From positions 1,472,001-1,536,000 of the forward strand of contig OZ250173.1 of the NCBI GenBank assembly GCA_965238075.1: a stretch of DNA of 64,000 nucleotides, read 5' to 3'. This document shows, piece after piece, positions 22,554-32,340 of this stretch. Each line of letters begins with the position of its first letter. Within the stretch, counting starts at the first letter, position 1. The stretch is from Candidatus Entotheonellaceae bacterium (lineage in GTDB: Bacteria > Tectomicrobia > Entotheonellia > Entotheonellales > Entotheonellaceae). Under the pieces are notes generated by a model. That model worked only from the letters and a program-made list of their open reading frames with translations. It did no database searches and was not told where the DNA came from. Made by a program: the position numbers and the translations under genes.

Positions 22554-24008
22554 ATGACGCAGTCACAGGTGCGTGTCCGCATCGCGCCGAGCCCGACCGG
22601 CGCGCCGCACGTGGGCACCGCCTACATCGGGTTGTTCAACTACGTGTTCGCACGCGTGCATGGCGGGCAGTGCGTCATTCGCATCGAGGACACCGATCAG
22701 GCGCGCTCCGAACGGCGCTACGAAGAAGACATCCTGCGCTTCCTGCGCTGGGTCGGCCTGGCGTGGGACGAAGGACCGGACGTCGGTGGCCCGTACGGCC
22801 CCTACCGGCAGTCGGAACGCCTGCCCGTCTACCGCGAACACGTGCAGCAGTTGCTCGACAGCGGCGCGGCGTACCGCTGCTGGTGCACGCCGGAACGCCT
22901 GGAAGCGGTGCGCCAGCAGCAGCGTCAGGACAAGGCGCCGTTGCGCTACGACGGGCATTGTCGGCAGCTCACCGAGGCTGAGGCGAAGGCCCACGGCGAC
23001 CAGCCGTCGGTGGTGCGTCTCAAGGTGCCGGCGGACGGCAGCACTGTGGTACACGATGCTTTTCGCGATCCCATTACCATCGAGCACGGGCAGGTCGACG
23101 ATCAGGTGCTGCTCAAGTCCGACGGCTATCCGACATACCACTTGGCTAACGTCGTAGATGACCACGTTATGGATATCTCGCACGTCATCCGCGCCGAGGA
23201 GTGGATTTCTTCGACCCCCAAGCACCTCATGTTGTACGACGCCTTCGGCTGGGCGCCGCCGGTGTTCATGCATATGCCGCTGCTGCGCAACGCCGACCGC
23301 AGCAAGATCAGCAAGCGCAAGAATCCGGTGTCGCTGCGCTACTACGAACGCCAGGGATACCTGCCCGAGGCGCTGCTCAACTTCCTGGCGCTGATGGGGT
23401 GGTCGATGCCCGACGAGCGCGAGGTCTTCACGCTGGACGAGATGATCGAGTCGTTTTCGTTCGACCGCATCAGCCTGGGCGGGCCCGTTTTCGATCTGCA
23501 AAAACTGGAATGGCTGAACGGCATGTACATCCGCCAACTCTCGCCCGCGGCTCTGTCGGAGCGGCTCTTGGAAAACGCGCGTGCGAAGTCCCGGCTGCTG
23601 GACGACAACGCCTACGTGGACGCTATCACGCCGCTGTTGCAGGAGCGCCTGCGCACGCTGGGGGATTTTCAGGACATGGCGGCGTTCTTCTACGACACGC
23701 CGCTGGCCTACGACAAGGCGCTATTGCTGCCCAAGGGCAGGAACCCGCGTGAGGCCGTCAAGGTACTGACGGAGGTGGCCGAGGTGCTGACGCGGCACGC
23801 CGGCCCCTGGCAGGACGAAGAATTGGAGGCCAGCGTGCGTACGTACGTCGAGGGCGCCAAATGGCCGGGCCGCGACCTGTTCATGACCCTGCGGACAGCG
23901 GTAACCGGCCGCACCGCCTCGCCGCCTCTGTTCGCCACCATGCAGGTTCTCGGCAAGGACCTCTGCCTGTCCCGGCTCGAGGACGCCGTGGCCCTGCTGC
24001 AAAAATAG
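22554..24008 (+). CDS. gltX: Glutamate--tRNA ligase
   Basis: RIAPSPTG.PHVGT, RIEDTD, KISKRK, anticodon-binding domain ending TG...SPPLF; GAGGAG RBS. Confidence 0.95.
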   Translation: MTQSQVRVRIAPSPTGAPHVGTAYIGLFNYVFARVHGGQCVIRIEDTDQARSERRYEEDILRFLRWVGLAWDEGPDVGGPYGPYRQSERLPVYREHVQQLLDSGAAYRCWCTPERLEAVRQQQRQDKAPLRYDGHCRQLTEAEAKAHGDQPSVVRLKVPADGSTVVHDAFRDPITIEHGQVDDQVLLKSDGYPTYHLANVVDDHVMDISHVIRAEEWISSTPKHLMLYDAFGWAPPVFMHMPLLRNADRSKISKRKNPVSLRYYERQGYLPEALLNFLALMGWSMPDEREVFTLDEMIESFSFDRISLGGPVFDLQKLEWLNGMYIRQLSPAALSERLLENARAKSRLLDDNAYVDAITPLLQERLRTLGDFQDMAAFFYDTPLAYDKALLLPKGRNPREAVKVLTEVAEVLTRHAGPWQDEELEASVRTYVEGAKWPGRDLFMTLRTAVTGRTASPPLFATMQVLGKDLCLSRLEDAVALLQK

Positions 24009-24025
24009 GGGCCGGAAGAACAGGC

Positions 24026-24940
24026 ATGAGCACCACCTTCGGCATCACCTTTCTCGGCACCTCCGCCGCCGTTCCTACCGTGAAGCGCAACGTCTCCGCC
24101 ACCCTGGTGACGTATCGGGATTTGAAATGGCTGATCGACTGCGGCGAGGGCACGCAGCGGCAGATCACGCGGGCGGGCAACGGCTTCAAGAACCTCACGC
24201 ATGTCTTTCTGAGCCACGAGCACCTGGACCACATCCTCGGCATGGGCGGGCTGCTGGCGACCTTCAACATGCTGCAGCCGGTCAAGCGGCTGGCGGTTTA
24301 CGGCAATCCTGCGACCCTCGACCGGGTGCGCCAGATGGCGGGCTTCATCGGCCGCTCGCTGCGGTACGATCTGCAATGGCACGAGATCAGCGAAGGGCTG
24401 ATCTACACGCATCGCCAGCTCGACTGCTATGCCTTCGCAACGAAGCATCGGGTCAAGCGGTCATACGGCTTTGTGTTCCAGGAGAAGCCCCGGCGGCGCT
24501 TTCAGCCCGAAGCCGCCGAATGTCTCGGCATTCCCCCCGGCCCGGAACGGCGCCGGTTGCTCGCCGGCGAGAGCCTGCGCGGCGCCAACGGGCAGATCGT
24601 ACGGCCCGACGACGTGCTGGGGCCGGAAGAGCCCGGTAAGAAGCTCGTTTACGTCAGCGATTCGATGTATTTCGATGGGCTAACAGAGGCGGCCGCCGGC
24701 GCCCATTGCCTGATCAGCGAAGCCACCTTTTTGCAGGCGGATGCGGAATTGGCGGCTGAGGTCGGGCACATGACCGCGGTGCAGGCCGCCACCGTGGCCC
24801 GCGACGCCGGTGTGGAAGTGTTGTACCTGAACCACCTGTCGCAGCGTTACGCGCAGGCGGAGCACCTGTTCCTTGAAGAGGCGCGGCGGATTTTCCCGAA
24901 CACACATCTCGCCAATGATCTTGACAGCATTGCGGTATAA
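24026..24940 (+). CDS. rnz: Ribonuclease Z
   Basis: FLGTSAAVPT.KRN, DCGEGTQRQ, SHEHLDH, exosite GIPPGP, HLSQRY. Confidence 0.92.
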   Translation: MSTTFGITFLGTSAAVPTVKRNVSATLVTYRDLKWLIDCGEGTQRQITRAGNGFKNLTHVFLSHEHLDHILGMGGLLATFNMLQPVKRLAVYGNPATLDRVRQMAGFIGRSLRYDLQWHEISEGLIYTHRQLDCYAFATKHRVKRSYGFVFQEKPRRRFQPEAAECLGIPPGPERRRLLAGESLRGANGQIVRPDDVLGPEEPGKKLVYVSDSMYFDGLTEAAAGAHCLISEATFLQADAELAAEVGHMTAVQAATVARDAGVEVLYLNHLSQRYAQAEHLFLEEARRIFPNTHLANDLDSIAV

Positions 24941-25031
24941 AGGGGGCAGGCCAGTAGGTCGGATTAGGGCATTGCCGGCTCTGAAGGCATCAGGCTATCC
25001 CATGCTGATAAGCCGTCCACTGCCCCAGAGC

Positions 25032-25102
25032 GTCATTCCGGGCTTGACCCGGAATCCAGTGACCCCCGAAAACCCCTGGACCCCGGCTTTCGCCGGGGTG
25101 AC
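25032..25102. repeat. GTCATTCC-type palindromic repeat (REP/MITE-like), nested between GTAG-type ends
   Basis: GTCATTCCGGGCTTGACCCGGAATCCAG...CTGGACCCCGGCTTTCGCCGGGGTGAC; related copy at 42636. Confidence 0.75.
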
Positions 25103-25174
25103 ACGGACACAATTTTAAGGTGAATGTCGGATCACACTTGGTTGCTCCGACCTATAGTTTGGCAGGTGAATGCT

Positions 25175-25861
25175 CTAATCGCCTTTCCGCGAAACGCCGT
25201 TTGACGCGGGAACTAACTGCTTGATCTTCTGCCAGGCGGGGAAGTCGGATTGCACCCACAGGCTGCCGACTTGCGGCACGAAGTTGAAGGCTTTGACGCG
25301 CACCCAGTCGTCGTGCAGTTCCAGCACCGACAAGGCGCCGTTGTCCAGGCTGAGGCGGCGGTAGTCGTTGAACGGCATGTTGAGGTAATACGCCATGGTG
25401 GTGCGGATGACGTCACCATGCGATACGACGGCGATGACCCCCTGCGGATACCGGCGACGGGCCGTTTCAACCGCTTCGACGCCGCGCCGTTGCACGTTGG
25501 GTAGGGTCTCGCCGTTGGGAAAGACGGCGTTAATCGGATCGTGGAACACGGCATGCGCTGCCGGGTGGGCGCGCTGGGTGTGGAAGAAGGAGCCCTGCCA
25601 AGCGCCGTAATCCACCTCGTGCAGGCTTGGCACCTCCTCAATGGACTTGTCCAGCCGCTGCGCGATGGCCTCGGCGGTTTGGCGGGCGCGCGCCACCGGG
25701 CTGGATAGCAGGTGGGTCACCCCGAGGGGCGCCAGCACCTCGGCAGCCAGGCGGGCCTGCTCTTGCCCGCGCGTGTTCAGCGGCACCGCGCCCTGGCCAG
25801 AAATTTTGCCGCTGACGTTTTCATCCGTTTGACCGTGCCGAATCAGTATCACCAGCGCCAT
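25175..25861 (-). CDS. Histidine phosphatase (phosphoglycerate mutase-like) family protein
   Basis: LIRHGQT, SSP..RA.QTA, EVDYGAWQG, VVSHGD. Confidence 0.92.
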   Translation of the reverse strand: MALVILIRHGQTDENVSGKISGQGAVPLNTRGQEQARLAAEVLAPLGVTHLLSSPVARARQTAEAIAQRLDKSIEEVPSLHEVDYGAWQGSFFHTQRAHPAAHAVFHDPINAVFPNGETLPNVQRRGVEAVETARRRYPQGVIAVVSHGDVIRTTMAYYLNMPFNDYRRLSLDNGALSVLELHDDWVRVKAFNFVPQVGSLWVQSDFPAWQKIKQLVPASNGVSRKGD

Positions 25862-25974
25862 GCGCCCTTCGTCCTCCTGTCAGTGTAAGGCAGTGGCGGG
25901 CCGCGTCTCGTTTCTCCCCCTCACCCCAGCCCTCTCCCGTGAGGAGGTGGGCTATCAAGGAGGCCAAACCAGCG

Positions 25975-27144
25975 ATGCCGTCGCCTTTGGAAGGAATTAC
26001 CGTTCTCGACTTTACCAGTTACATTGCCGGACCGTTCTGCCCCGTCATGCTGGCGGACATGGGTGCCGACGTGATGAAGATCGAAGCCCACGGCGGTGAC
26101 CCGACGCGCGCCTTTCCCTCTTCCATGCCCAATGGCAGCCGACTGTTTGAGGGCGTGAATCGCAACAAGCGGGGGCTGCGGCTCGATCTCAAACAGGCCG
26201 CCGGCCGCGAGGTCGTGTATCGCCTGGTGCGCCAGGCGGACGTGGTTGTCGAGAATTTCCGCCCGGGCACCGCAGAGCGGCTGCAGATCGGCTACGACGA
26301 CCTGCGGCAACGGCAGCCGAAGCTCATCTACTGCGGCATTTCGGGTTATGGGTCCAACGGGCCGCTGTCCGGCAAGCCCGGTTTCGATCAGGTGCTGCAA
26401 GCGATGACCGGCATCGCCGCCGCGCAGGGGCGTTCGCTGGGGCGCCCGATGCTTGTCGGCGGCTCCGTTGTCGATTTCTTCGCCGCCATGCTCGCCACGT
26501 ACGGCGTCATGCTCGCCCTGTTCGTACGCGAGCGCACCGGCGAGGGGCAACGGGTCGATACGTCACTGCTGGCCGCGGCGCTGTCCATGCAGGCCGGCCG
26601 CTACGTGGCCAGCGAGCACGAGCCGCTCGACAACGAGCGCGACCTGGACACCGGCATTTCCGGCCTTTATGGCTGTCGCGAAGGCCACCTTTACATTTCG
26701 GCCCACGTCCAGAAATTTTGGCTTGCCCTGTGCGACGCCGTCGAGCTGCCCGATCTGGCCGCCGATCCGCGTTACGACACCATGCGCAAGCGCAGCACCC
26801 ACGCCCAGGAATTGCGGGAGCGGCTGGAGGCCGTGTTCCAAACCAAGAGCGCCGACGAATGGGCGGCGAAACTGGAGGATGCCGGCGTGCCGAGCGCCGC
26901 GGCCGGCGCCATTCACAGTATGTTTGCACACCCGCAAGTATTGGCCAATGAATTGGTCGAGCAGGTCGCCCACCCCGCATTGGGCACCCTGTCCCTCTTT
27001 GGCCTGCCGCTCAAGCTGAGCGCCACCCCCGGTTCGGTGCGCCGCGCCGCCCCGGTTTTGGGGCAGCACTCCGAAGAGATTCTCGCCGCCGCCGGTTACG
27101 ACGCGCAGGAGATCGCTGCGTTGCGCGAGTCGCGGGTCATTTGA
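25975..27144 (+). CDS. Family III CoA-transferase (CaiB/BaiF)
   Basis: PLEGITVLDF, NRNKR, ENFRPG, VVDF (catalytic Asp), APVLGQHS. Confidence 0.92.
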   Translation: MPSPLEGITVLDFTSYIAGPFCPVMLADMGADVMKIEAHGGDPTRAFPSSMPNGSRLFEGVNRNKRGLRLDLKQAAGREVVYRLVRQADVVVENFRPGTAERLQIGYDDLRQRQPKLIYCGISGYGSNGPLSGKPGFDQVLQAMTGIAAAQGRSLGRPMLVGGSVVDFFAAMLATYGVMLALFVRERTGEGQRVDTSLLAAALSMQAGRYVASEHEPLDNERDLDTGISGLYGCREGHLYISAHVQKFWLALCDAVELPDLAADPRYDTMRKRSTHAQELRERLEAVFQTKSADEWAAKLEDAGVPSAAAGAIHSMFAHPQVLANELVEQVAHPALGTLSLFGLPLKLSATPGSVRRAAPVLGQHSEEILAAAGYDAQEIAALRESRVI

Positions 27145-27285
27145 AGCGGCACCCGCGCAGCGATCTATTAAGTTGCCGAGGTAGCGAATTTGGGAAGGTC
27201 GGCCAAAAGGGACCGGGCATGACGACATGGCCGCCGAGGCGTTGGCTCGAACCTCTCCGGAGAGGCTGGAACGCTCCTTAGTGGA

Positions 27286-27765
27286 TTATTTGGCAAGACC
27301 CTGCAGCGTTTCTTGAATCTTGTCGAAATTCGGCAGGTCCCTGGGGCTTTCAAGGACTTCGGCGTATTGCACCTTGCCGGCCTTGTCGATAACGAAAGCG
27401 GCGCGTTTGGCCACGCCCGAAAAGCCCATCAGGTCTTCAAACTGGGCGCCGTAGGCTTTGCTGACGCCGCGGTTGAAATCGCTGACCAGGGTGAAGTTGA
27501 GGTTTTCTTTTTCTTTCCACTGCTTCTGGGCGAAGGGGCTGTCGACGCTGATACCCAACACTTCGGCGTCGAGTTGGCTATACGTATTGAGATTGTCCCG
27601 CACCGAGCACAGCTCGTTGGTGCACACGCCCGTAAAGGCGAACGGCACGAACAGCAGTACGACGTTCTTCTGACCGCGAAAACCGCTCAGCGCGACGTCC
27701 TGCGTCTCGGTGTCCTTAAGCGTAAAATCCGGTGCCTCTTGCCCTACCTGTACACTCACAACCAC
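27286..27765 (-). CDS. Peroxiredoxin (AhpC/TSA, AhpE-like)
   Basis: APDFTL, F.PFAFTGVCTNELC, GISVDS, RAAFVID. Confidence 0.92.
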   Translation of the reverse strand: MVVSVQVGQEAPDFTLKDTETQDVALSGFRGQKNVVLLFVPFAFTGVCTNELCSVRDNLNTYSQLDAEVLGISVDSPFAQKQWKEKENLNFTLVSDFNRGVSKAYGAQFEDLMGFSGVAKRAAFVIDKAGKVQYAEVLESPRDLPNFDKIQETLQGLAK

Positions 27766-27934
27766 GCCTCCTGTATGGATAAATTTCCCCGTATGCCTAC
27801 GGTAAAAAGGACTGTTTGGGAACGGCGCAAACTGTATCGGCTTTTGGCAGGGCCGTCAACTTGGCGCAGGGGCCTGCCGAGCCGTTGCCAAACCGGGTAC
27901 AGAGGCCGCTCACCCGGGGCTGCGTGATCTTCGG

Positions 27935-28015
27935 AACGTCAATCCCGGCAGCTTGTCCGGCGGCGGCGAGTGCTCGATCCAGCGTGGCAAGCGGTATCCG
28001 CATCCGCACCGCGAA
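27935..28015 (-). pseudogene. C-terminal remnant of a PIN/VapC toxin
   Basis: Reads AVRMRIPLATLDRALAAAGQAAGIDV, typical of VapC C-termini (PLATLD..L..AA..AGV). Confidence 0.45.
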
Positions 28016-28191
28016 TACCGCGGCACCGGTCCGGACCCTGTACACTGTGTGCCTTTCGCCTCGTAGGCCGTGGGATCGTACGGCATCTTGGTCAGAACGT
28101 CATAACAAATGGGGAACGGATTGAATACCGCCGACCGATTCAAGCGTGGCGGAACCAGCTTCGGTAACGATGTGTCGGGGCGGACGCTGCC

Positions 28192-31038
28192 ATGACGCCG
28201 GGCGACTTCATCGCCAAATGGCGCGCCACCGAGCTCAAGGAGCGCTCTGCCGCCCAGGAGCACTTTATCGACCTGTGCCGATTGCTGGACGAGCCGACAC
28301 CCGCCGAGGCCGACCCGACCGGTGAACACTACGGCTTCGAGCGCGGCGCCCGCAAGGACACCGGTGGCGGCGGTTGGGCCGACGTGTGGAAACGGCATCA
28401 CTTCGCCTGGGAATACAAAGGCAAGCACGCCAACCTGGACGCCGCCTTCAACCAGCTGCGGCAATATGCCCTGGCCCTGGAGAACTCGCCGCTGCTCATC
28501 GTCTCCGACATGGCGCGCTTCCGCATCCGTACCAACTGGACCAACAGCGTCAGCGAGACGCACGAATTCACGCTCGACGACCTCGCCGACGGGGCCATCC
28601 GCGACAAGCTCAAGTGGGCGATGTCCGACCCCGAGCGGCTGCGGCCGGGCGAGAGCCGCCAGGCGCTCACCGAGCGCGCCGCGGTAACCTTCGCGGCGCT
28701 GGCGCAATCGCTGCGCGAACGCGGTCACGAACCGCAGGCAGTGGCGCATTTCGTCAACCGGCTCGTCTTCTGCATGTTCGCCGAGGACGTCGGCCTGCTG
28801 CCGAACAGCATGTTCACACGCATGCTGGAGCACGCCCGCCAGCGGCCCGAAGACTTTGCCGTTTTGGCGCGCGACTTGTTCGGGGCCATGGCCACCGGCG
28901 GCCGCGTCGGCTTCGAGACGGTGGCGTGGTTCAACGGCGGGCTGTTCGACAACGATACCGCCTTGCCGCCGAACAAAGCCGAGATTGAAACCACCCTCAA
29001 GGCGTCGGCGCTCGACTGGTCGGAGATTGACCCGTCCATCCTGGGCACGCTGTTCGAGCGCGGCCTCGACCCGAGCAAGCGTTCACAGCTTGGCGCCCAC
29101 TACACCGACCGCGACAAGATCATGCGCATCATCGAGCCGGTGGTGGTCCGCCCGTGGCTGGCCGAGTGGGAGACGGCGAAAATCCGCATCGCGTCCAGTC
29201 TGGACAGGCAGGCGGCCGCCCGGTCAGCGTCCGCGCAGAGTAGACACCGCCGGGAGGCCGAGCGATTGCTGGGCGAATTTCTCAAGCGGCTGCGCGCGTT
29301 CACGGTGCTCGACCCCGCCTGTGGTTCGGGCAACTTCCTGTATCTGGCCCTGCAGGCGCTCAAGGACTTGGAGCACCGGGTGCAACTGGAGGCCGAAGCG
29401 CTGGGGTTTCCCCGCGCCTTTCCCGAAACCGGCCCGGCTAACGTGAAGGGAATCGAGATCAACCCTTATGCTGCGGAACTGGCCCGCGTCTCGGTGTGGA
29501 TCGGTGAGATTCAGTGGATGCGCCGCAACGGCTTTGTTGGATCCCGGGCCCCGATCCTGAAGCCGTTGGACACCATCGAATGCCGCGACGCGGTGCTGTC
29601 GCCGGAGGGCGGGGAACCGGAGTGGCCGGCGGCGGACGTGGTGGTGGGTAACCCGCCGTTTTTGGGAACCAAACCTATGCGTGGGATTCTGGGCGACGAA
29701 TACACGGACAACTTACGGATGGTTTACAAGGGTTCGGTTCCCGCCTTCGCCGATCTGGTCTGCTACTGGTTCCACAAGGCTGGCGAATTGATAGCTGAGG
29801 GCAAGATCTCCCGGGCTGGCCTTGTGGCCACAAACTCAATCAGAGGTGGGCGCAACCGTTCCGTGCTGGACCGGATCGAAGAACGTTCGGCTATCTTCAA
29901 CGCTTGGTCGGATGAAGAATGGACGGTTGACGGCGCCGATGTACGTGTGTCGCTTGTCTGCTTCACTTCCAAGAACTCTGAACTGCCTATGTACTTGGAC
30001 GGAATTTCCGCATCTCACATCAACGCTGACCTCACTGCAGGAGATATTTCACTATCACGAGCAAGAAAACTTCCAAAGAACCAAAGCACGGCGTTCATCG
30101 GTATCGCAAAACGCGGTCCATTTGACATTGCCGGCGATCTTGCACGCGAATGGCTTTGCCTGCCCAAGAATCCGAACTCTCGTCCCAATGCCGATGTCCT
30201 GAAACCGTGGATGAACGGCATGGATTTGACACGTCGTCCGTCAGGCAAATGGATCATCGACTTCGGTCCATCCCTGAGTGAGGCTGATGCCGCACTCTAC
30301 GAAATGCCCTTCAGCTATGCCAAGGAACACGTTAGGCCAATGAGGCAGAAGGTTCGAGTCCCCAAGTTACGAAAGTTTTGGTGGCAACACGAACATATGG
30401 CCCCAAGCATGTGGAACGCGATTACGGGTCTTTCGCGGTACATCGCCACACCGACCGTTGCTAAGCACCGCGTGTTTGCATGGTTCGATACACGCATCTG
30501 CCCCGACCATCAATTGACTGTCATCGCCCGCGACGACGACACGATCTTCGGCATCCTGCACAGTCGCTTTCATGAGGCGTGGTCGCTGCGGCTCGGCACG
30601 AGGCTCGGGGTGGGCAACGACCCACGCTACACGCCCACCACAACCTTCGGGACTTTCCCCTTTCCCGAAGGGCTGTCGCCCGACATTCCCGCTTCGGCGT
30701 ACGCAGACGACCCGCGCGCCATCACCATTGCGGAAGCCGCGCGTCGGCTGGTCGACCTACGCGACCGCTGGCTTAACCCGCCGGAATGGGTGGAATGGAT
30801 CGATGAGCCGGTTCCCGGCTATCCCAAGCGCCCGGTGCCCCGCGACGAAACCGCGGCGCAAGAACTCAAGAAACGCACCCTGACCAACCTCTACAACGCC
30901 CGCCCGCAATGGCTCGCCGATGCACACGCGGCCCTCGACGCTGCCGTCGCGGCGGCCTATGGGTGGGACGCGGCCATATCCGGCGATGAAGCGTTGCAGA
31001 AATTGCTGGCGCTCAATCTGGGGAGCAAGCACGGATAA
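28192..31038 (+). CDS. Type IIL (MmeI/YeeA-like) fused restriction-modification enzyme / N6-adenine DNA methyltransferase
   Basis: N-terminal PD-(D/E)xK-like domain (WAD..WEYK), GAHYT, VLDPACGSGNF, GNPPF, TRD, C-terminal RTLTNLYN.RP.WL. Confidence 0.92.
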   Translation: MTPGDFIAKWRATELKERSAAQEHFIDLCRLLDEPTPAEADPTGEHYGFERGARKDTGGGGWADVWKRHHFAWEYKGKHANLDAAFNQLRQYALALENSPLLIVSDMARFRIRTNWTNSVSETHEFTLDDLADGAIRDKLKWAMSDPERLRPGESRQALTERAAVTFAALAQSLRERGHEPQAVAHFVNRLVFCMFAEDVGLLPNSMFTRMLEHARQRPEDFAVLARDLFGAMATGGRVGFETVAWFNGGLFDNDTALPPNKAEIETTLKASALDWSEIDPSILGTLFERGLDPSKRSQLGAHYTDRDKIMRIIEPVVVRPWLAEWETAKIRIASSLDRQAAARSASAQSRHRREAERLLGEFLKRLRAFTVLDPACGSGNFLYLALQALKDLEHRVQLEAEALGFPRAFPETGPANVKGIEINPYAAELARVSVWIGEIQWMRRNGFVGSRAPILKPLDTIECRDAVLSPEGGEPEWPAADVVVGNPPFLGTKPMRGILGDEYTDNLRMVYKGSVPAFADLVCYWFHKAGELIAEGKISRAGLVATNSIRGGRNRSVLDRIEERSAIFNAWSDEEWTVDGADVRVSLVCFTSKNSELPMYLDGISASHINADLTAGDISLSRARKLPKNQSTAFIGIAKRGPFDIAGDLAREWLCLPKNPNSRPNADVLKPWMNGMDLTRRPSGKWIIDFGPSLSEADAALYEMPFSYAKEHVRPMRQKVRVPKLRKFWWQHEHMAPSMWNAITGLSRYIATPTVAKHRVFAWFDTRICPDHQLTVIARDDDTIFGILHSRFHEAWSLRLGTRLGVGNDPRYTPTTTFGTFPFPEGLSPDIPASAYADDPRAITIAEAARRLVDLRDRWLNPPEWVEWIDEPVPGYPKRPVPRDETAAQELKKRTLTNLYNARPQWLADAHAALDAAVAAAYGWDAAISGDEALQKLLALNLGSKHG

Positions 31039-31277
31039 GCCGTCCGAAGAAAGCGAAGACCGTTGCGGCTTCCCCTTCACCCTCAATTGTTCATGAGGGG
31101 TAGGGCCGGAAGGATATCAGAATCAATTACCCAGGTATGTGTCTGGAAGATGCGGCTGGATTGGGGCATGGGGCAGACGTTCAGGCATCCCGCAAAGCGG
31201 CGAGATCGATCAGAGGACGGCATCAGGTTTCGAGGCAGAATCAATCCACCTTTCTCACACCAGGGAGGGACTCCATC

Positions 31278-32222
31278 ATGCAGCAGGACACACCCCAACA
31301 ACCCGCGATCGTGGAAGGCGCCGCCTCCGGCGCCGGGCCGGATGCTTCCTGGCGCTGGCCCGAGGCGCGCTGGCGGCAGGCGGTCAACCAGGTGCGAGCC
31401 GGCAAGGCGCTGCGACCCGACGTGTGGCCCGGTGGCGCACAAGTGGCTGTGGCGCTGTCGTTCGACGTCGACCAGGAGACGTTGACGCTGCGGGACGGCA
31501 AAACGTCCCCGGCGCTCCTGGCGCAGGGCGAATACGGTTCCCGCGCCGGCCTGCCGCGCATCCTGCGGCTCATGAAGCGTTACGACATTCCGGCGAGCTT
31601 CTACGTCCCCGGAGTATCGGCGCTGTTGCACCCGGACGACGTGACGAACATTGCCGCGGCGGGCCACGAAATCGGGCTGCACGGCTGGATTCACGAGCGC
31701 AACAGCCTGCTCGAAGCGGCGGACGAGCGGGACCTGACCCGGCGCGCCGCCGAGGTGCTGGAGAAACTCACCGGCACCGCGCCCGTGGGGCTGCGTACCG
31801 CGTCTTGGGATTTTAGTGACGCCACCCTCAACATCATCCGCGACATGGGCCTGCTGTATGATTCCTCGCTGATGGGCGACGACGAGCCCTACGAAATCCT
31901 GCAGGACGGCGAGCCCACCGGCGTGGTGGAGCTGCCGGTGGAGTGGATCAAGGACGACTATCCCTACTTCGGCATGGACCGCGTGACCACCATTCGCCCG
32001 CACTCGGCGCCGTCATCGGTGGGTGAAATCTGGCGGCGCGAGTTCGACGGCGCTTACGCGGAACGCGGCCTCTTCCTGCTCACCATGCACCCGCACATCA
32101 TCGGACACCGCTCGCGTATCAGCGTTCTCGACGAGCTGATCCGGCACATGCGCTCGCACAGCGGCGTGTGGTTCGCCACGCATGCCGACATCGCCCGGTA
32201 CGTCAAGGCGCAAGCGGGGTAG
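31278..32222 (+). CDS. Polysaccharide deacetylase (CE4; PuuE/PgdA-like)
   Basis: LSFDVD, GEYG...G.PRIL, GHEIGLHGWIHE, YDSSLMGDD.PY, LTMHP.IIG. Confidence 0.92.
   Translation: MQQDTPQQPAIVEGAASGAGPDASWRWPEARWRQAVNQVRAGKALRPDVWPGGAQVAVALSFDVDQETLTLRDGKTSPALLAQGEYGSRAGLPRILRLMKRYDIPASFYVPGVSALLHPDDVTNIAAAGHEIGLHGWIHERNSLLEAADERDLTRRAAEVLEKLTGTAPVGLRTASWDFSDATLNIIRDMGLLYDSSLMGDDEPYEILQDGEPTGVVELPVEWIKDDYPYFGMDRVTTIRPHSAPSSVGEIWRREFDGAYAERGLFLLTMHPHIIGHRSRISVLDELIRHMRSHSGVWFATHADIARYVKAQAG
31908..32222 (+). repeat. Left copy of 315-bp direct repeat (deacetylase 3' end)
   Basis: About 16 mismatches versus 44103..44417 by manual alignment. Confidence 0.95.
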
Positions 32223-32340
32223 AGGACAGCCGTCATACATCAGGAAATTGAACATAGGTACCTGTATCGGCTTCGGCCGGGGTCGCTCCCCGCTATTCCG
32301 GGGGCGGTTCACCCGGCCTGTTCGCGTTACAAAAGGGCGG

